From positions 73,532,001-73,596,000 of the forward strand of contig NC_043008.1 of assembly GCF_006345805.1 (NCBI RefSeq): a stretch of DNA of 64,000 nt, written 5' to 3'. Positions 13,086 through 27,719 of the stretch are shown here, piece by piece (the first letter of the stretch is position 1; each line of letters begins with the position of its first letter). Both the position numbers and the translations under genes were made by a program. Below the pieces are notes generated by a model, which saw only the letters and a program-made list of their open reading frames with translations, was not told the DNA's origin and searched no databases. Source of the DNA: Octopus sinensis (lineage: Eukaryota).

Positions 13086-16000
13086 GTATATATATACATA
13101 TATACATACATATATATGTGTGTGTGTGTGTATGTATGTATGTGTGTGTATGTATATATATATATGCCTGTAGGCGTGTATATATGTATATGTATCTTTA
13201 CGTGTGAGTGTGTAAGTGCTAATCGCTGCTATACGAGGTTTTTTCCCCATTTTCAGATATATCTATGTATACATGTATACATGCATGTGTATATGTACGA
13301 ATATATATACTCATATACTCATATCGTAATGTTTGTAACTTCTTCACATACTAGCATCCTAAAAGCTTCTATAAATTATTTTATAGGAACTCTTGAATCA
13401 GATAGACACAATGCGCTTATGTGATCACTGAAATCGAAGAATGTGGCTGTTTGGGTAATCAAACTTTCTTTCCTTGTTCTAAATCTTTCGCGTTTATATA
13501 CTTCAGTGTGTGCGAAGAAGTTTAACTGGCACATTCCTTATGAAATAGTATGTATGTGTGTGTGTGTTTGTATATAAACATTCATACAGACAAACATACG
13601 TATGTATACACACACACACACACACACACACACATATTATATATATATATATATATTACATATATATATATACTATATATATATATATATTATATATACA
13701 TATAGATAGACGCGTGTACGATGTATATATATATATTTATATATATATTCATCTTGTATGTATGTATATAATATATATGTGTGTGTGTGTGTGGTGTGTG
13801 TGTGTGGTGTGTGTGTCTGTATGTCAGTGTGCATGTGAATATATGTATAAACACAGACATAACACACTAACATATACCAATTTTTATATTTTTATCACTA
13901 ACGTCACGGTAATAATTTTTGTTTGACAAGTAAATGTTAGGGCTCGAGATACTTGTCTGTTCGACTATTTATAATCACTTTATTCTTCCTATCGATATTA
14001 CTAAACTGAAGATTGGGTACAAGTGATTTACACAGTATCTCTGACACTGGTTTACATAGATATCTCTATATTACATTATGACATCTATACTGATATCACA
14101 CTGATATTTACACTGATATTACACTGATATTTCCCAATAATTTCAATCATACCACATAGTTGTGACATCTTTCTCCCCTATAATATTTTCTTAATTTTGT
14201 TATCTTAAAATACCGAGTTTCCTCCATTGATTTCGAACAACGGAATACAGTAGCTACCAAGCTACAGTCCCGTATTAATACACTTCAATGTTTTATTAAC
14301 TCTGTATGTAGTGAAGACTCGTATTTTAGATTCAAAACCAATCCGTTCCAGAAACTTTTTCCAATGGATTACTGATATTGTCATGTTCATCCGTGTATCA
14401 GTGAACCCACAATATCAGTTGAATCACTACACCTACACATGTACACATTTAATATAACTTATTTCCCATCTGCTAGCTACTCTACTGTCTTGTTTTCTTT
14501 AAAGCCTCTCTCCTGCACCATAATACTAAACTTGTCTAGGCGTTATTAAATCTATTCATATCTGCATCGAAACTGGTAAAAATATTTTCAATGAACCTCG
14601 GGACTTAAGTCAATAGAGAAATTTGAATGTTTCCGTCCAATGTTTTTTTTCTTGTTTCACGCAGTATGGATTTTATATATAACTTGGAACAATTTCTGAG
14701 TCACAGAAAACCTTCACCTGTACCTACACCCACTTTATCCTGCCTCTAATAAAACCCTGATTGCTTCAAAATGTCAAGAATTTCCAGATTTCTGAGATGT
14801 ATGCAACCACATCTGAGCGACTACCCTTCCCTGGTCTATCCTGACCGGGCGTAGAAGCACCTGCTAGAACCCCAATTATGTGTTAATTAGCATGTAAATA
14901 AAAACCAGCATGTGTGAGCTATCACCCAGCTGCTGTCACATCTTTCTAGGCAAGGGATATCCCGATGTAAAACTTGCGGTTTCACATGATTACTTGTCAT
15001 CTCGGTTCGGCCTGTCACGAAGTAGCATGGGATTAGTTGTCACTTCAGTTCATCCTCTCACTAGATACTAATGACGGAGATTCAGAGAGTGATACTCGTG
15101 TTCTACAAGCGCTTATGGCAATAATCTAATGACGTATAGATACCTCATTCGTCATTCCCTGTACCAAAAGTCGCATGGCGATGGAAGAGTGGTGACATGC
15201 ACAGCCCTATCCATATGGAAGTGCACAGTTACAAAACAGCAGGGCTGAATAATCATCTGAGAGGTTGTGTCATTGGCAAGTATGCCAATGACAAAGAGGA
15301 AGCTCAAGGAGGCAGCAATCGTGTGAGAAGATGGAGCAAACAATATGTACGAACGTATGTACGTATATATGTATGTATTTATGTATGTATGTATGTATGT
15401 ATGTATGCATGCATATATATATATATATGTATGCATGTATGTATGTATATCTCCATTATTTGTATTTCTGTCTGCACCAACATAATCGTTCCCTTCTAAT
15501 TATGTCCCCTTCTATACCGGAAATATCTCATGTGTTCCTTCTTTCGCTTGAAATCTTTCGGTATGCTTTACTTTTCCTTTATGTTGTTGAATACCGTCTA
15601 CATAGAAATACTATTTAATCCTAGGCGAGTACTGATACGGTAGATCTATGATCAGATACACTGCATTTGTTACTAGTCAGTATTTTTCATAAATAAAGTG
15701 TAATTATGGCTATATACTGCTATGAGTCTGCTTTTGAAAACAATATATTTGCTATTTGGGAGCGATCTTGGTTGGTCGAGTTAATATGTATTCTAGGTCT
15801 TGTGCATCCTAACGTTTCTCCACCCATCTACCCATCCACCTATTCATCCATCCCTCCATCCCTCCATCCATCCATCGATGTATCAGACCATTTACCTTTA
15901 CGATTAGGTAACCAACCGGTTAATCAGCAGTTTAGTAAGTTTGTAATCTTACAAAGAAACCACTCATCCATCCATCTATCTTCCAACGTAAGCATTCTCA

Positions 16001-16416
16001 ACATTCTACCTAGCCACACAGTAATCATGTTTCTGTACGAAGGTAGAAAGAAAAGTAAATGTCTGAGATCTCTGATAATTAAGTGTTGAGTTTAATGTCT
16101 TTTGTCCACCGACAATCTCATCTAAACTGTTTAGGGAAATGGCTTCTACCACTCGAGTCGTCAAACAAGGGTGGTGGTGGCGCGGCACGATCTTTATTTC
16201 AATGTAGTTATATTGTTAACACGTTACTGTGTAACACAACAATTATCTCTTCTAGTCCCTTCTGGATGTCCTGTACTATCCTTTAATACTGGTCGTTATC
16301 GAAGAAGATAATTGAATTAATACAACTAATAACATAGAAGACTTCACTGTTGCAGGAGGTACAGTTTGTTAGTGAATATATTTATTGGTTTTCACACAAT
16401 ATTTGTAAAGTTTCTT

Positions 16417-16632
16417 AAGGCGGTAAGCTGGCAGAATTGTTAGCACGCCTGGCAAAATGGTTAGCGGCTTTTTGTCTGTCTTTACGCACTGAGTTCGATT
16501 TCCGGCGAGGTCTGCTTTGCTTTTCACCCTTTTGGGTCGATAAAATTAGTACCAACTGAGCACTGGGTACGATGTAATCCACTTAACTCCTCCCCAGAAA
16601 TTGCTGGCCTTGTGCCAAAATTTGAAACCATT
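16417..16632 (+). mobile_element. tRNA-derived SINE (family A)
   Basis: aaggcggtaagctggcagaattgttagcacg...gagttcgatttcc...gggtcgataaaattagtacc...ttgtgccaaaatttgaaacc, matching other family A copies. Confidence 0.85.
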
Positions 16633-17888
16633 ATTCATAAAGTGTCCGTGGTTACCTACCACCACTACCACTAGCAACAACAATAACAACAGCAACCGGT
16701 CTACCATCACCAAAACCACCGACAACACCACTCCCAATATCAACATTACCACAAACATTGTAGTCTCAAGCATAACATATAGGCATCAAACAACACTTTG
16801 CCAATACCATTAAGACCTAGACCATCATCATCATCATCATGAACACAATTTTAATTATACGGTAACGAAGAAAATCACCATGACCCCTCTCCCCACCATT
16901 AATACCTCCACAACCACTACCAACACCTTTACAACACTCACCGCCGCAACCATATCAAATACTTCTGCCATCAACACAGTCGCCACCAGAACCATCAAGC
17001 ACAACTACCCACCCTATTGCAAATCCTACCGCAGTCACAACCACTATATCGCAGCAACAATACCACGCCCATTACTATTACAACCACCACCAGACTATCA
17101 CATCATTCAGCACATTTACCACCATGTTACCACTACTACAAACATCACTAGCACACAACCACCACCTGTACATAATCATCTCAACTGTCCCCATCACCAA
17201 CACCAGCACCGTGTCTACTACTTCCACCACGTCCACTCTATACATACAAGAACACAATGACCAGCATTACTACTTTAAATGAATACCGTGCATCTAACAT
17301 AAGCTGTCCCCAACACCATCACACTCATCATCGTAGGCAGAACCATGACCATCACCATCATGGCTACCAAGTATTAAATTAGTGTCAATCTCATCTACCA
17401 CCACTAACAGCGCCAACATCCCCCATCAACTCCGCCATAAAAGACATAACCGCTGGTCTTGATGTTATTAAAACGGATTTTGACACTAAACCATTTAATG
17501 TAGCAGCTGATAACGAACAATCTTATTTTCTCAGCCTTAAAGTCATGTGATAACTTTCATTGATATCCAATTATAAGGTACCACAACACATAAAATAATA
17601 TCGTACAAGTTTTCCCCGACCACGTCCTAAAAAACTTGACACAACACATTGTGTTTCTATTCTATAAATGTTATTGTTAAGGAATATATAATAGTTTGGA
17701 ATAGACTCTACTTGGTAAAGACTGCCTGCAAGTGTAAAGAAAAAAAAACTATCGTTTATTTATTAAGGGCAGCCATCATTGTCTTTTATATCGAGATTTG
17801 GATTCATCTTATCATTGTATTATTGTGAGCGAACGTGCATTTCTATTGTACGAGATGTTAAAGGTCAGACGTATCTACACACACACAT

Positions 17889-17930
<42 letters not shown>

Positions 17931-18059
17931 TATATGTATATAAATATTTAAATATATATATACACGTAAAAGAAGAGAGAGGGAGGATGTAAGAGAAAGG
18001 AGTTAGACAAAGATATATCTACATTAATTTTTTGTTGGCATTCATAAAATAACAGATGC

Positions 18060-18542
18060 TAAATAGAATTTATGAGCCTTCACCATGTATTGACTATAGA
18101 AAATAGTCTAATATTAAGACATATGAGCCCCAGTAACGGAAAGAAGGATGCATTAATACACGTGGGAATCGAACTTTCACTTTCCATTTTCGCCATAAGT
18201 GTGCTAACTGATTACATCAATATACCCACCCTTTTTTTCCCCGTTAGATTTAGGAACTATGATTTCATAGTGGTAAATATGTAAACATGTGAGGATTCTG
18301 CTTCAATTATAAAACAGTGTCGAGTAAAATAAAATTATAAGCTTTCACCGTATATTGACTATAGAAAATAGACAAATATTAGGGCATATAAGACCCGTAA
18401 CGAATAAATGGATTTTAGTATGAATGGTTTCGATTCCCACACGTACGAATGCCCATTTTTTCCGCTACGGGGGCTCCAATATGCCCTAATATTAGACAAT
18501 TTTCTGTAGTCAATATATGGTGAAGGCCTCTAATTCTATTTG
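18060..18542. mobile_element. Fold-back/MITE-like element with ~115-bp terminal inverted repeats and an internal third copy
   Basis: Left arm ~18060-18174 is the reverse complement of the right arm ~18427-18542; a partial direct copy lies at ~18341-18410. Confidence 0.75.
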
Positions 18543-19853
18543 CAAGGTTTTAATCGCCACCCTTCTCTAATTTTTGAAGAATACACACATGTTTACATGT
18601 CTTGTTGAATTCTCTGGGATCTGATATATCATGGAATTGGAAATAGCATTCCAGCAGCCCACGGTGTCTCAGATTCTAATTTTTTTACGTCCGTTAGCGA
18701 AAGAAAGAAGACGCATATAGCTCTTTCTTAAGATTCCAAATGGAGAAAGTTACTTTCAGACCGAAAATATAGCTTAAACATTTGCAAGGAAATGTTAAAA
18801 TTCCATATACTGTTGTTAAATCGAAATGTGGAATAAGTCTACCACCCAAGAATAGGAAATTGACATCCAACATACTTCAGCACTATTCCGCCTACCGCAT
18901 CACTTGTAAAATCGAGGTTATGGGAGAAAATGTGCCCAAGATTGGACGCAGTGCAACTGAATGCAGAAATACTTAAACTCTTAATTATATCAGCACCAAT
19001 TTGTTGATTTTATTGCTTGCTTCGATTCTAAGAATGATGCCATCACTACACGTGTATAAGTGATCATGAAGCTCACTCCATTATGTTCGATAAACAAACA
19101 TTGCAACGGTCACCGGTTTTCTAAAATAACGTTTCTTCACTATCTAATAAACATTTGCCATTAATATTCCTCTTGCAAATATTTAGTATATTTTCTAACA
19201 AGTCGAAGACACTTGGGCAAGAATGTTGGTTAACCCGGCAGTTTATAGAGGTGTTTCATCGTGTTACAAATTGTTGTTTTTATATTAAGTTCAATACACA
19301 CACGCATGCGCGCACACATACACACATATATATGCATGCACACAAACACATGTACATGTATATGCATATATTGATATCTGTTTGTGTGTGCGTGTATGTG
19401 TATGCATGTGTGTGTGTGTGTAAGTTTTTCTAAGCATTTTTAAAATGCAAGTCATTAAGATTTTCCTTAAGAGAACTATCTAAGTTAGCTTAATTATCTC
19501 TCATTTTTGTAACCTTCAGAGTAATGTGATATCACTTGAGGAATTCGATATTTCGAAAACTGCAAATGGAATGCTATTAATGTTTTAGTTTATTCAAATA
19601 CCTGAAAACACTTTCGACCTCATAAGTTGCTACTATATGGTTTCTGTACATGGGATTCTCTCGTAGAATATAATGAAGGAGATGCTGCAAGTGAAAGAAA
19701 TACTCTGGTGTTTCTTTTACAATAAAACAATCTTCCATTTAGGAAATAACATTAAGGTAAAAGTGAATTAAAACAGTGTTGACAAATATCTCAGTTGCAA
19801 ACATACTAATTTTACTTCCCAATCCTCACACAAGAAACACAATTCAATACTGG

Positions 19854-19980
19854 GTTCAAATCTTGACTCAAGGCCAGCAGTTTCGGGGTAGGGTGTAAGT
19901 CAGTTACATCGACCCCAGTCCTCAAGTGGTATTTATTTATCCTCGAAAGGATGAAAGGTAAAACTGACCTCAGCAGAATC
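19854..19980 (-). mobile_element. SINE family A 3' fragment
   Basis: caaggccagcagtttcgggg...atcgaccccag...aaaggatgaaagg is the reverse complement of the family A body. Confidence 0.7.
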
Positions 19981-20386
19981 ACAATTCAATATTGATCCCA
20001 AAGTAACACACCTCACATCGACTTGTTATCAACAGACATGTTGTTTCATTCTTTTTGCTATTTCTACTGTTACTAGAGATGCTTCTCTCTCTTGGGGCTG
20101 CCTGCTGTTGTTTCACGCCAATTTAGGCAGTGCAGACCTACACAAAACTCCGCATACTGCCACGCATGTTGTTTCTCAAACTCAGGTTACATACAAAGAA
20201 CTATATCCAAGCTTCATCTTAAGAGCGTCCACCATCTGGATTTTCCTTACTGCACATTTTTTTCTTCATTTCTCAAGCAGAATGTTAATCACCTACATCT
20301 TGCTAACCACGAGAGGCCCGTCATTACCACAGCTTCAAGTCATTCTTCGGGATCAATCAAAAGATATGTAATATTTCACCTTGTCT

Positions 20387-21178
20387 AAGGCGGCGAGCTG
20401 GCAGAAACGTTAGCACGTCGGGCGAAATGCGTAGTCGGATTTCGTCTGCCGTTACGTTCTGAGTTCAAATTCCGCCGAGGTCGACTTTGCTTTCATCCTT
20501 TCGGGGTCGATTATATAAGTACCAGTTACGCACTGGGGTCGATATAATCGGCTTAATCCGTGTGTGTGTCCTTGTTTGTTCCATATGTGCTTAGCCCCTC
20601 GTGGGTAGTAAAGAAATAGGTATTTCGTCTGCCGCTACGTTCTGAGTTCAAATTCCGCCGAGGTCGACTTTGCTTTCATCCTTTCGGGGTCGATTATATA
20701 AGTACCAGTTACGCACTGGGATCGATATAATCGGCTTAATCCGTGTGTGTGTCCTTGTTTGTTCCCTATGTGCTTAGCCCCTCGTGGGTAGTAAAGAAAT
20801 AGGTATTTCGTCTGCCGCTACGTTCTGAGTTCAAATTCCGCCGAGGTCGACTTTGCTTTCATCCTTTCGGGGTCGATTATATAAGTACCAGTTACGCACT
20901 GGGGTCGATATAATCGACTTAATCCGTGTGTGTTCTTGTTTGTCCCCTCTGCGTGTAGCCCCTTGTGGGCTGTAAAGAAATAAGAAACGTTAGCATGCCG
21001 GGCGAATGCTTAGCGGTATTTCGTCTGCCTTTAATTTCTAATTTCAAATCCCACCGAGGTCGACTTTGCCTTTCATCATTTCGGGATTGATAAATTAAGT
21101 AGCAGTTGCGTACTGGGGTTGACCTAATCGACTGGCCCCCTCCACCAAAATTTCGGGCCTCTTGCTTAAAGTAGAAAA
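20387..21178 (+). mobile_element. SINE family A with three tandem 183-bp internal units
   Basis: Head ggcggcgagctggcagaaacgttagc and B-box GAGTTCAAATTCC. Units start at 20438, 20621 and 20804, followed by a fourth divergent body. Confidence 0.9.
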
Positions 21179-21544
21179 GAATAATTTTCCTTGTCTGTCG
21201 ATCTACCTCGGAATCTGACATGGTTGATTTGGAATTCGATAAGAACCTAGTTGCTTCTCTTGATTCGCACAAACATTATTTATGAATATATCTAAATAAA
21301 AAAGAAAAGAAAGAAACATTTTCTATACTTTAGGAGTAAGGGACCGAAATTAGAATTGAAATTAGAAAGCCATAACTCAATTGCTTTAAAATCATTGATT
21401 CAAACATTACTGAGACTAACTCTATCTAAAAGATCTTACTCTTGAATCTGGTGAATACAAATAAATAGTACAGGGACATAATCTAATATATTTACATTCG
21501 AGGTCCAAATCCTACTGAGACTCATTTAACATTTCTTCCTTCGG

Positions 21545-21750
21545 TTTCAAATGTTGGCACATGGCCAGCAATTTCGGGGGAGAGGCAAGTCGATTGCATC
21601 AACTCTAATGTTCTACTGGCACTTATTTTATCGATCCCAAAAGGGTGAAAGATAAAGTCGACCCCAGCAGACGTTGAGCGCAGAGCGTAAAGACGGCCAA
21701 CACGCAGCTAAGTGTTTTGCCCGGCGTAGTAACGATTCTGCCAGCTCGCT
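21545..21750 (-). mobile_element. SINE family A, degenerate
   Basis: Ends in gcccggcgtagtaacgattctgccagctcgctgcctt, the reverse complement of the family A head. Confidence 0.75.
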
Positions 21751-22072
21751 GCCTTGTAGGACGAGTAATGTGTTGGAGATTACTCAGTCCACTATGCCTC
21801 TCCCTTATAAAGGTGGTGTCATTTTCAAAAGTTAGAAAACCTTATTGGCACTTTTATGTTCCCACCAAAAATGTGTTTTATGCTTTTACTTCGGCTACAG
21901 GTATCCTTCTAACACTAGGTATCTTTTTAACTCTAGCACGAGCCGAATATATTTTTCGAGTGAAAATCTATTCTATCCAAGCTATTCGTTTGAAATGGAA
22001 AAAAAGAAAAACGGGAGAAAAGCAAAGCTGAAAAATTTCTCTGCGTATATATAAATGTATAACTATATACAT

Positions 22073-22120
<48 letters not shown>

Positions 22121-22513
22121 CGATAACTGAACAAACGTTAAAAATAGCACATTGTATTCGACTTTCTCATATATCCATGAACTGATATTTTCCCAATCCT
22201 CGTCGTTTGATATCCTGGCATAATGTTTATATTATCTTTATTTCAAGAATTCATTAACATACATACTTCTCGCTAATGTGTATTTAATCGAAACATTACG
22301 AGGATTCCACATTCAACTTCAAAATATTGAAATAAACAAAATAAAATATAAGATATAACATTTCCCTCTCCATAAAATAACAACAGCCACACTCTATATG
22401 GAGGAAACACCGTCAAGTAGTTACCGTTTAATTCCGCGTATTCTCATTTTCTATAGCAACTGTTGGTGGGTCTTTTCGATCTTTTTAACGTCACTGCCGG
22501 ACTATTTTCATAG

Positions 22514-22569
<56 letters not shown>

Positions 22570-23820
22570 CATTGATATCGTATGTTAATTATAGCTATAT
22601 CTAGAAATGTCAGTAAAATTCTTTAGAAAATTCATTCCCGTCCTTCTCTGTATATTTTTTTATCCATTTTCGTTCCATTTTCCTATTATATATTTTTTTA
22701 CATTCCAGTTTTTGCATTTGCGATAGAAATAATCCCACCCCGAAATTTATTGAATATCTATCCAAAGAAAGAATAGATTTAGTGAGGTGTTGTTTAATAT
22801 GTAGACTGCATATGTATGTAGTCGTAATTACAGATTTTTTCTTGCCAACACAACACACAAAGATTCAATAGTTCTTTGGCTAGTATCTGCAGTTTCTTCC
22901 AGGACCAGTAGCATCACCAAGGTAGTTCCTTTATGTGTGGCAGAAAAAATAGTCACTCAACTGTTATATCAGCGTGTATGTATACATACGCACATTGTTC
23001 CTCTATTTCTCTCTCTCTCTCTCTCTTGTCTCTGTCTCTGTCTTTCTATCACTCGCCCGCACACACACACACGCATAGATACCTTTATGAATATGTGTGT
23101 GTATATATATATATATGCATATTCTCACACTTGCTCACACACGCACTCACATATGTGTATATATGTACACACATTCACATATATACGGACATACATCTTA
23201 ATGCAAACACATAAATACACAAGAACATACACATATGCAGACGTATACATATAAGTGATATATAATCACATACACTCAATTATGTCATACATGCTTATGC
23301 ACATACATACATACATACATACATACACAAACGCATATACACGCACATATTTATTTACGTATGTTCATTTATACGTACGTAGATAGATATGTGCGTACAC
23401 ATACAAAAACGATTATATATGTGTATAATGGCAAAATGATCGATCACAATGGAATATCCATCAAGTTGTTGGTGAGGTTATAAAGAACACAACACGCAGT
23501 TTGAGGCGCTGTACTGTCATAATCAAGACGTTTCTACTGCCACCACACCTATTACAACAACCAAAGTGAATGCTAACACCACCACCACCTTCACTGCCAT
23601 CATCATATTACCACCTCTCACATTACTACCACCTCATATAACACCATCACCAATCCAACCACCAAACGCCATTCACACTTAACCCATTAAAATCTGAACC
23701 ATCAATCAAAACAATCACTACGATCAAGTAGCCACACTACTACAAGTAATAGCGCCTGCGCAACGGGCACCCCACCACAAACAACCCTACAAATATTATC
23801 GACACTACACTGCTACAGCA

Positions 23821-23870
<50 letters not shown>

Positions 23871-23881
23871 AGCAACTACTA

Positions 23882-23915
<34 letters not shown>

Positions 23916-23921
23916 GCTCCC

Positions 23922-24250
23922 TTACTTGTTTCAGTCATTTGACTGCGGCCATGCTGGAGCACCGCCTTTAGTCGAGCAAATCGATCCCAGGACTTATTCT
24001 TTGTAAGCCTAGTACTTATTCTATCGGTCTTATTTGCCGAACCGCTAAGTTACAGGGACGTAAACACACCAGCATCGGTTGTCAAGCGATGTTGGGGCTA
24101 CAAACACAGACACACAAATATATACACAGACATACATAATATATATATATACATATATACGACGGGCTTCTTTTAGTTTCCGTCTACCAAATCCACTCAC
24201 AAGGCTTTGGTCGGCCCGGGGCTATAGTACAAGACACTTGCCCAAGGTGC
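23922..24250 (-). mobile_element. SINE family B
   Basis: cttgtttcagtcatttgactgcggccatgctggagcaccgcc...gacacttgcccaagg. Confidence 0.9.
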
Positions 24251-24289
24251 TACGCATATATATATATATATGTATGTATAAATATGTGT

Positions 24290-24495
24290 GTGTTTGTGTG
24301 TCTGTGTTTGTAGCCCCAACATCGCTTGACAACCGATGCTGGTATGTTTACGTCCCCGTTACTTAGCGGTTCGGCAAAAGAGACCGATAGAATAAGTACT
24401 AGGCTTACAAAGAATAAGTCCTGGGGTCGATTTGCTCGACTAAAAGGCGGTTCTCCAGCATGGCCGCAGTCAAATGACTGAAACAAGTAAAAGAG
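24290..24495 (+). mobile_element. SINE family B 3' half
   Basis: cgcttgacaaccgatgctgg...aaatgactgaaacaagtaaaagag. Confidence 0.9.
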
Positions 24496-24510
24496 TATTA
24501 ATAATAATAA

Positions 24511-25045
24511 CAGTGGCTCTCATGGCTTCTGATCTTAACTGATTGGAAGTGTTATCATGTACATTGTTTTGTCTTGGTATAAAAGATGGGCTACAGAAAA
24601 TATTCTGCTCAATACCACAGATTTGCTTGTCAGTTGTTTGACCTTAACCAGTTGAGCATGTCCCTTAGTGGCTGACGATATGTGCATCTCTGATCAGGAG
24701 CAGAAGTAGTGGGGTAGCATCATAGCCATGTGTTGAGAAGGATTCTTTGGGGTTTGAATAATTCACCTCTGGAAACATGGGTGTTTCGTTCAACGTCCTT
24801 AAACAACCCTTATTCAGGGACCTTTTGAGCGGGATGGGTTACTCGATCTCAAGAAAATTCTAACTGGGCTCCACCTGCAAGGTCATGTGCTGTTTATCTT
24901 GATATGAGATCGCCATGTCGCGCACATATGGTTGTGATGCATGTGCCTGGTGTACCCTTATCAGACGGGTAGTCATGATGGGTATACTGGGCTTCGTATA
25001 TTTTACCCCAGTGTCACTTTGATGGCATGCTCTGCTCGCTCACTC

Positions 25046-25097
<52 letters not shown>
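24511..25097 (+). mobile_element. Non-coding interspersed repeat with (TAA)n tail, probably the 3' UTR of a 5'-truncated non-LTR element
   Basis: Flanked by (TAA)n on both sides and has no ORF. A second, inverted partial copy lies at 32587-32864. The retroelement assignment is inference. Confidence 0.65.
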
Positions 25098-25098
<1 letters not shown>

Positions 25099-27179
25099 GA
25101 AGAAGAAGAAGAGAAGAAGAAGAAGAAGAAGACTGTCACGTGGGTGATGACTACCACTACCAGACCACCATCTCTACCACTATACGACCATCACTACATC
25201 ACCGTCACCATCACCATTGATATTACTCCCGAGACCGATGTCACAACTTTCCCATGGAACATTTGTGAAAGTTCCCGACAAAACCTCAGTAAAATTTTGT
25301 CTAACAAATCAGATCTAATCATCAGAGAATGAGAAGAAAAAGAAAAATCCATAGACTAAGAGACGTTAAGATTATGTTGACTAATATTAAATTTAAAGAT
25401 AATTCAGATAACTATGTCATGAGATTAATGCCTTTGATTGCTGGGATCTTAGTCATGTGACTAACTGCCTCGTTATCAGTCTTCGCAAACCAAAAAAAAG
25501 AACACTGCGATTTGAGGAAAAAAGTTTTAGCTCATTAAAGCGAAATATTTCAACATTGAAAGTATACAAAATAAAGAGAACGAAAATGAAAAACAAGTAA
25601 AATTCAATCAATGCTCAAACTTGATGACATCGAATACCGTCAAGGTTTCAAAGGTAACAAAGTAGCGAATTCTGTTAGAGAAAACTGTGAGGAGAGAATG
25701 GAGACGGTGTAAAAGAGAGAAAAATAAACTAAGTATCAGGATTCGGTGGAAGACTGCTGCGAAAATAGGTGGAGAACCATCTGAAAGTGAAAGATGGAAG
25801 CCGAGAGTTCACTGGTCGTTCTCAGAATAAAGTTTACGGAACCCTAAGCACTGCAGGATCGATGATAAAAAGAGATATCAAGAACAATATTGATGCTGCT
25901 CTGTAAGGGCTTAGTTAGTTTTGGCTGAAAAGAGGTGATGGGTGCGGCACGTAAAATGCTGCTTGGACACAAGACTATGCTCGATAAACCTAGGGCGGGT
26001 CACCAGGCTGAGTGTACATGCTTTAAGACCCGAAACACTCTCTGAAATCAGATGCAGCACTAATTATGAGCCTAAGTATTACATTTGTAGATGTATGTTG
26101 AGTTATGTTCCTGTGGATTAAGCGAAGATAAATAATGAACAACAAATACACAATGTAAAGAAAGTGCGGGATATTTTCCTTAAACTATCTTGCAGGAAAT
26201 GTAGATACTTTTGGGACGATATTTATATTAAATGGTTGTACGAGCAAATGTTGTGTTCGGTGTTGCCTGTCGAGATGGAAGTGCCACAGAAACACGCGGT
26301 AGCACGTGTATTTTGCCTATTTTTGTCATGTGATGCCTTTGAAGTCTTTTCTCCCTGTTGAGCAATTCATATTGATAGTCACACTCACGTTCATTGTCAT
26401 CACAATTATCGTCATCATGACATCAACAGAAATACTACGATTACTCCGTTCCCATCTTTTGTTCCTCTATCACGACGATGATCATAACTATTATCAGCAG
26501 CACATCCACCACTAAAAGCTCCATAAGCATCCAAAAATATCCCCAACCTCCACAACGGACATCAACACAATCATCATCATCGTCATCATGATTATTATAC
26601 TCATTCCCTCCCAACATCTTCCATCTGCATCAAACCTTCTATTATCGATCCGCCATCGTCGTCAGTATCTTCATCAACATATTTCACCAAAACCCCCACC
26701 AGCTTCATCACCATCGCCACCTCCACTACGAACATTAATGTCATCATTATTCTCATTGTCACATCTTATTTACATGGCTAGGCTATTCAGTTATCCATTA
26801 ATCCTTGCATGTCACACATCTCTTTTCTCTGGCCGCAATCCCTGATTTACCTTTTACTACTTTCTCATGCAATATCTCCATTTAGACATATGCCTGCTCT
26901 TAATGCCATCCACCCACTTCTTAATTACAGTTGGCTTTCTTTCTCTTTTTGTTGTTGTCTCAGCCTATTTAATTCTCTCATTCAATCTTTTTACATACAT
27001 TTTATCATACATTTTCTCTACATACATAGATATACATATATACATGCTTGCATAGATACATATATACATGCTTACATTCATTCATACATGCAATCATTCA
27101 TACACACATACATACATTCATACATACATTGATACATTCATACAAACATAAACACAATCACTTCACTAGTTCTTAATGA

Positions 27180-27242
27180 TCTATCTCTCTCTATCTATCT
27201 ATCTATCTATCTGTCTGTCTGTCTGTCTGTTTGACTATCTGT

Positions 27243-27315
<73 letters not shown>

Positions 27316-27321
27316 GATCTC

Positions 27322-27402
<81 letters not shown>
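27180..27402. repeat. (TATC)n/(TC)n/(TA)n microsatellite
   Basis: Direct runs. Confidence 0.95.
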
Positions 27403-27406
<4 letters not shown>

Positions 27407-27619
27407 ATGTTAAATTATTATTAGATTTTTCATTCTTTTTCCTACGTTTATTTTATATGTTTACTTTCAACTACTAATATTCATCATCATCAGCACCAGC
27501 AGCAGTTGTAGTAGCAGCAGCAATATTACTATCAGCAGTAGCATGCGCAACTCCATTGTCTCCCGAGACAAAAAGGATGCCAACCAACCAATATATATAT
27601 ATATATATATATATATAGC

Positions 27620-27669
<50 letters not shown>

Positions 27670-27719
27670 GAGATACCACACACACATTTTCTCTATCTCT
27701 CTCTCACTGTATATATATA

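Noticed and set aside
15197-15350. Peptide LNNHLRGCVIGKYANDK...WSKQ faintly like an RT YADD region
   Set aside because: Too short and divergent to support a LINE call without a profile search.
16030-16060. TACGAAGGTAGAAAGAAAAGT resembling a mariner TIR start
   Set aside because: No matching opposite end or transposase remnant was found.
20438-20985. Regular repeats superficially like a CRISPR array
   Set aside because: Whole 183-bp units are duplicated with no unique spacers, they belong to a SINE, and the context is eukaryotic with no cas genes.
22903-22921. Possible 19-nt micro-exon (ttcttccag|...caag|gtagtt)
   Set aside because: The donor is mediocre, the length is not a multiple of 3, and such matches are expected by chance.
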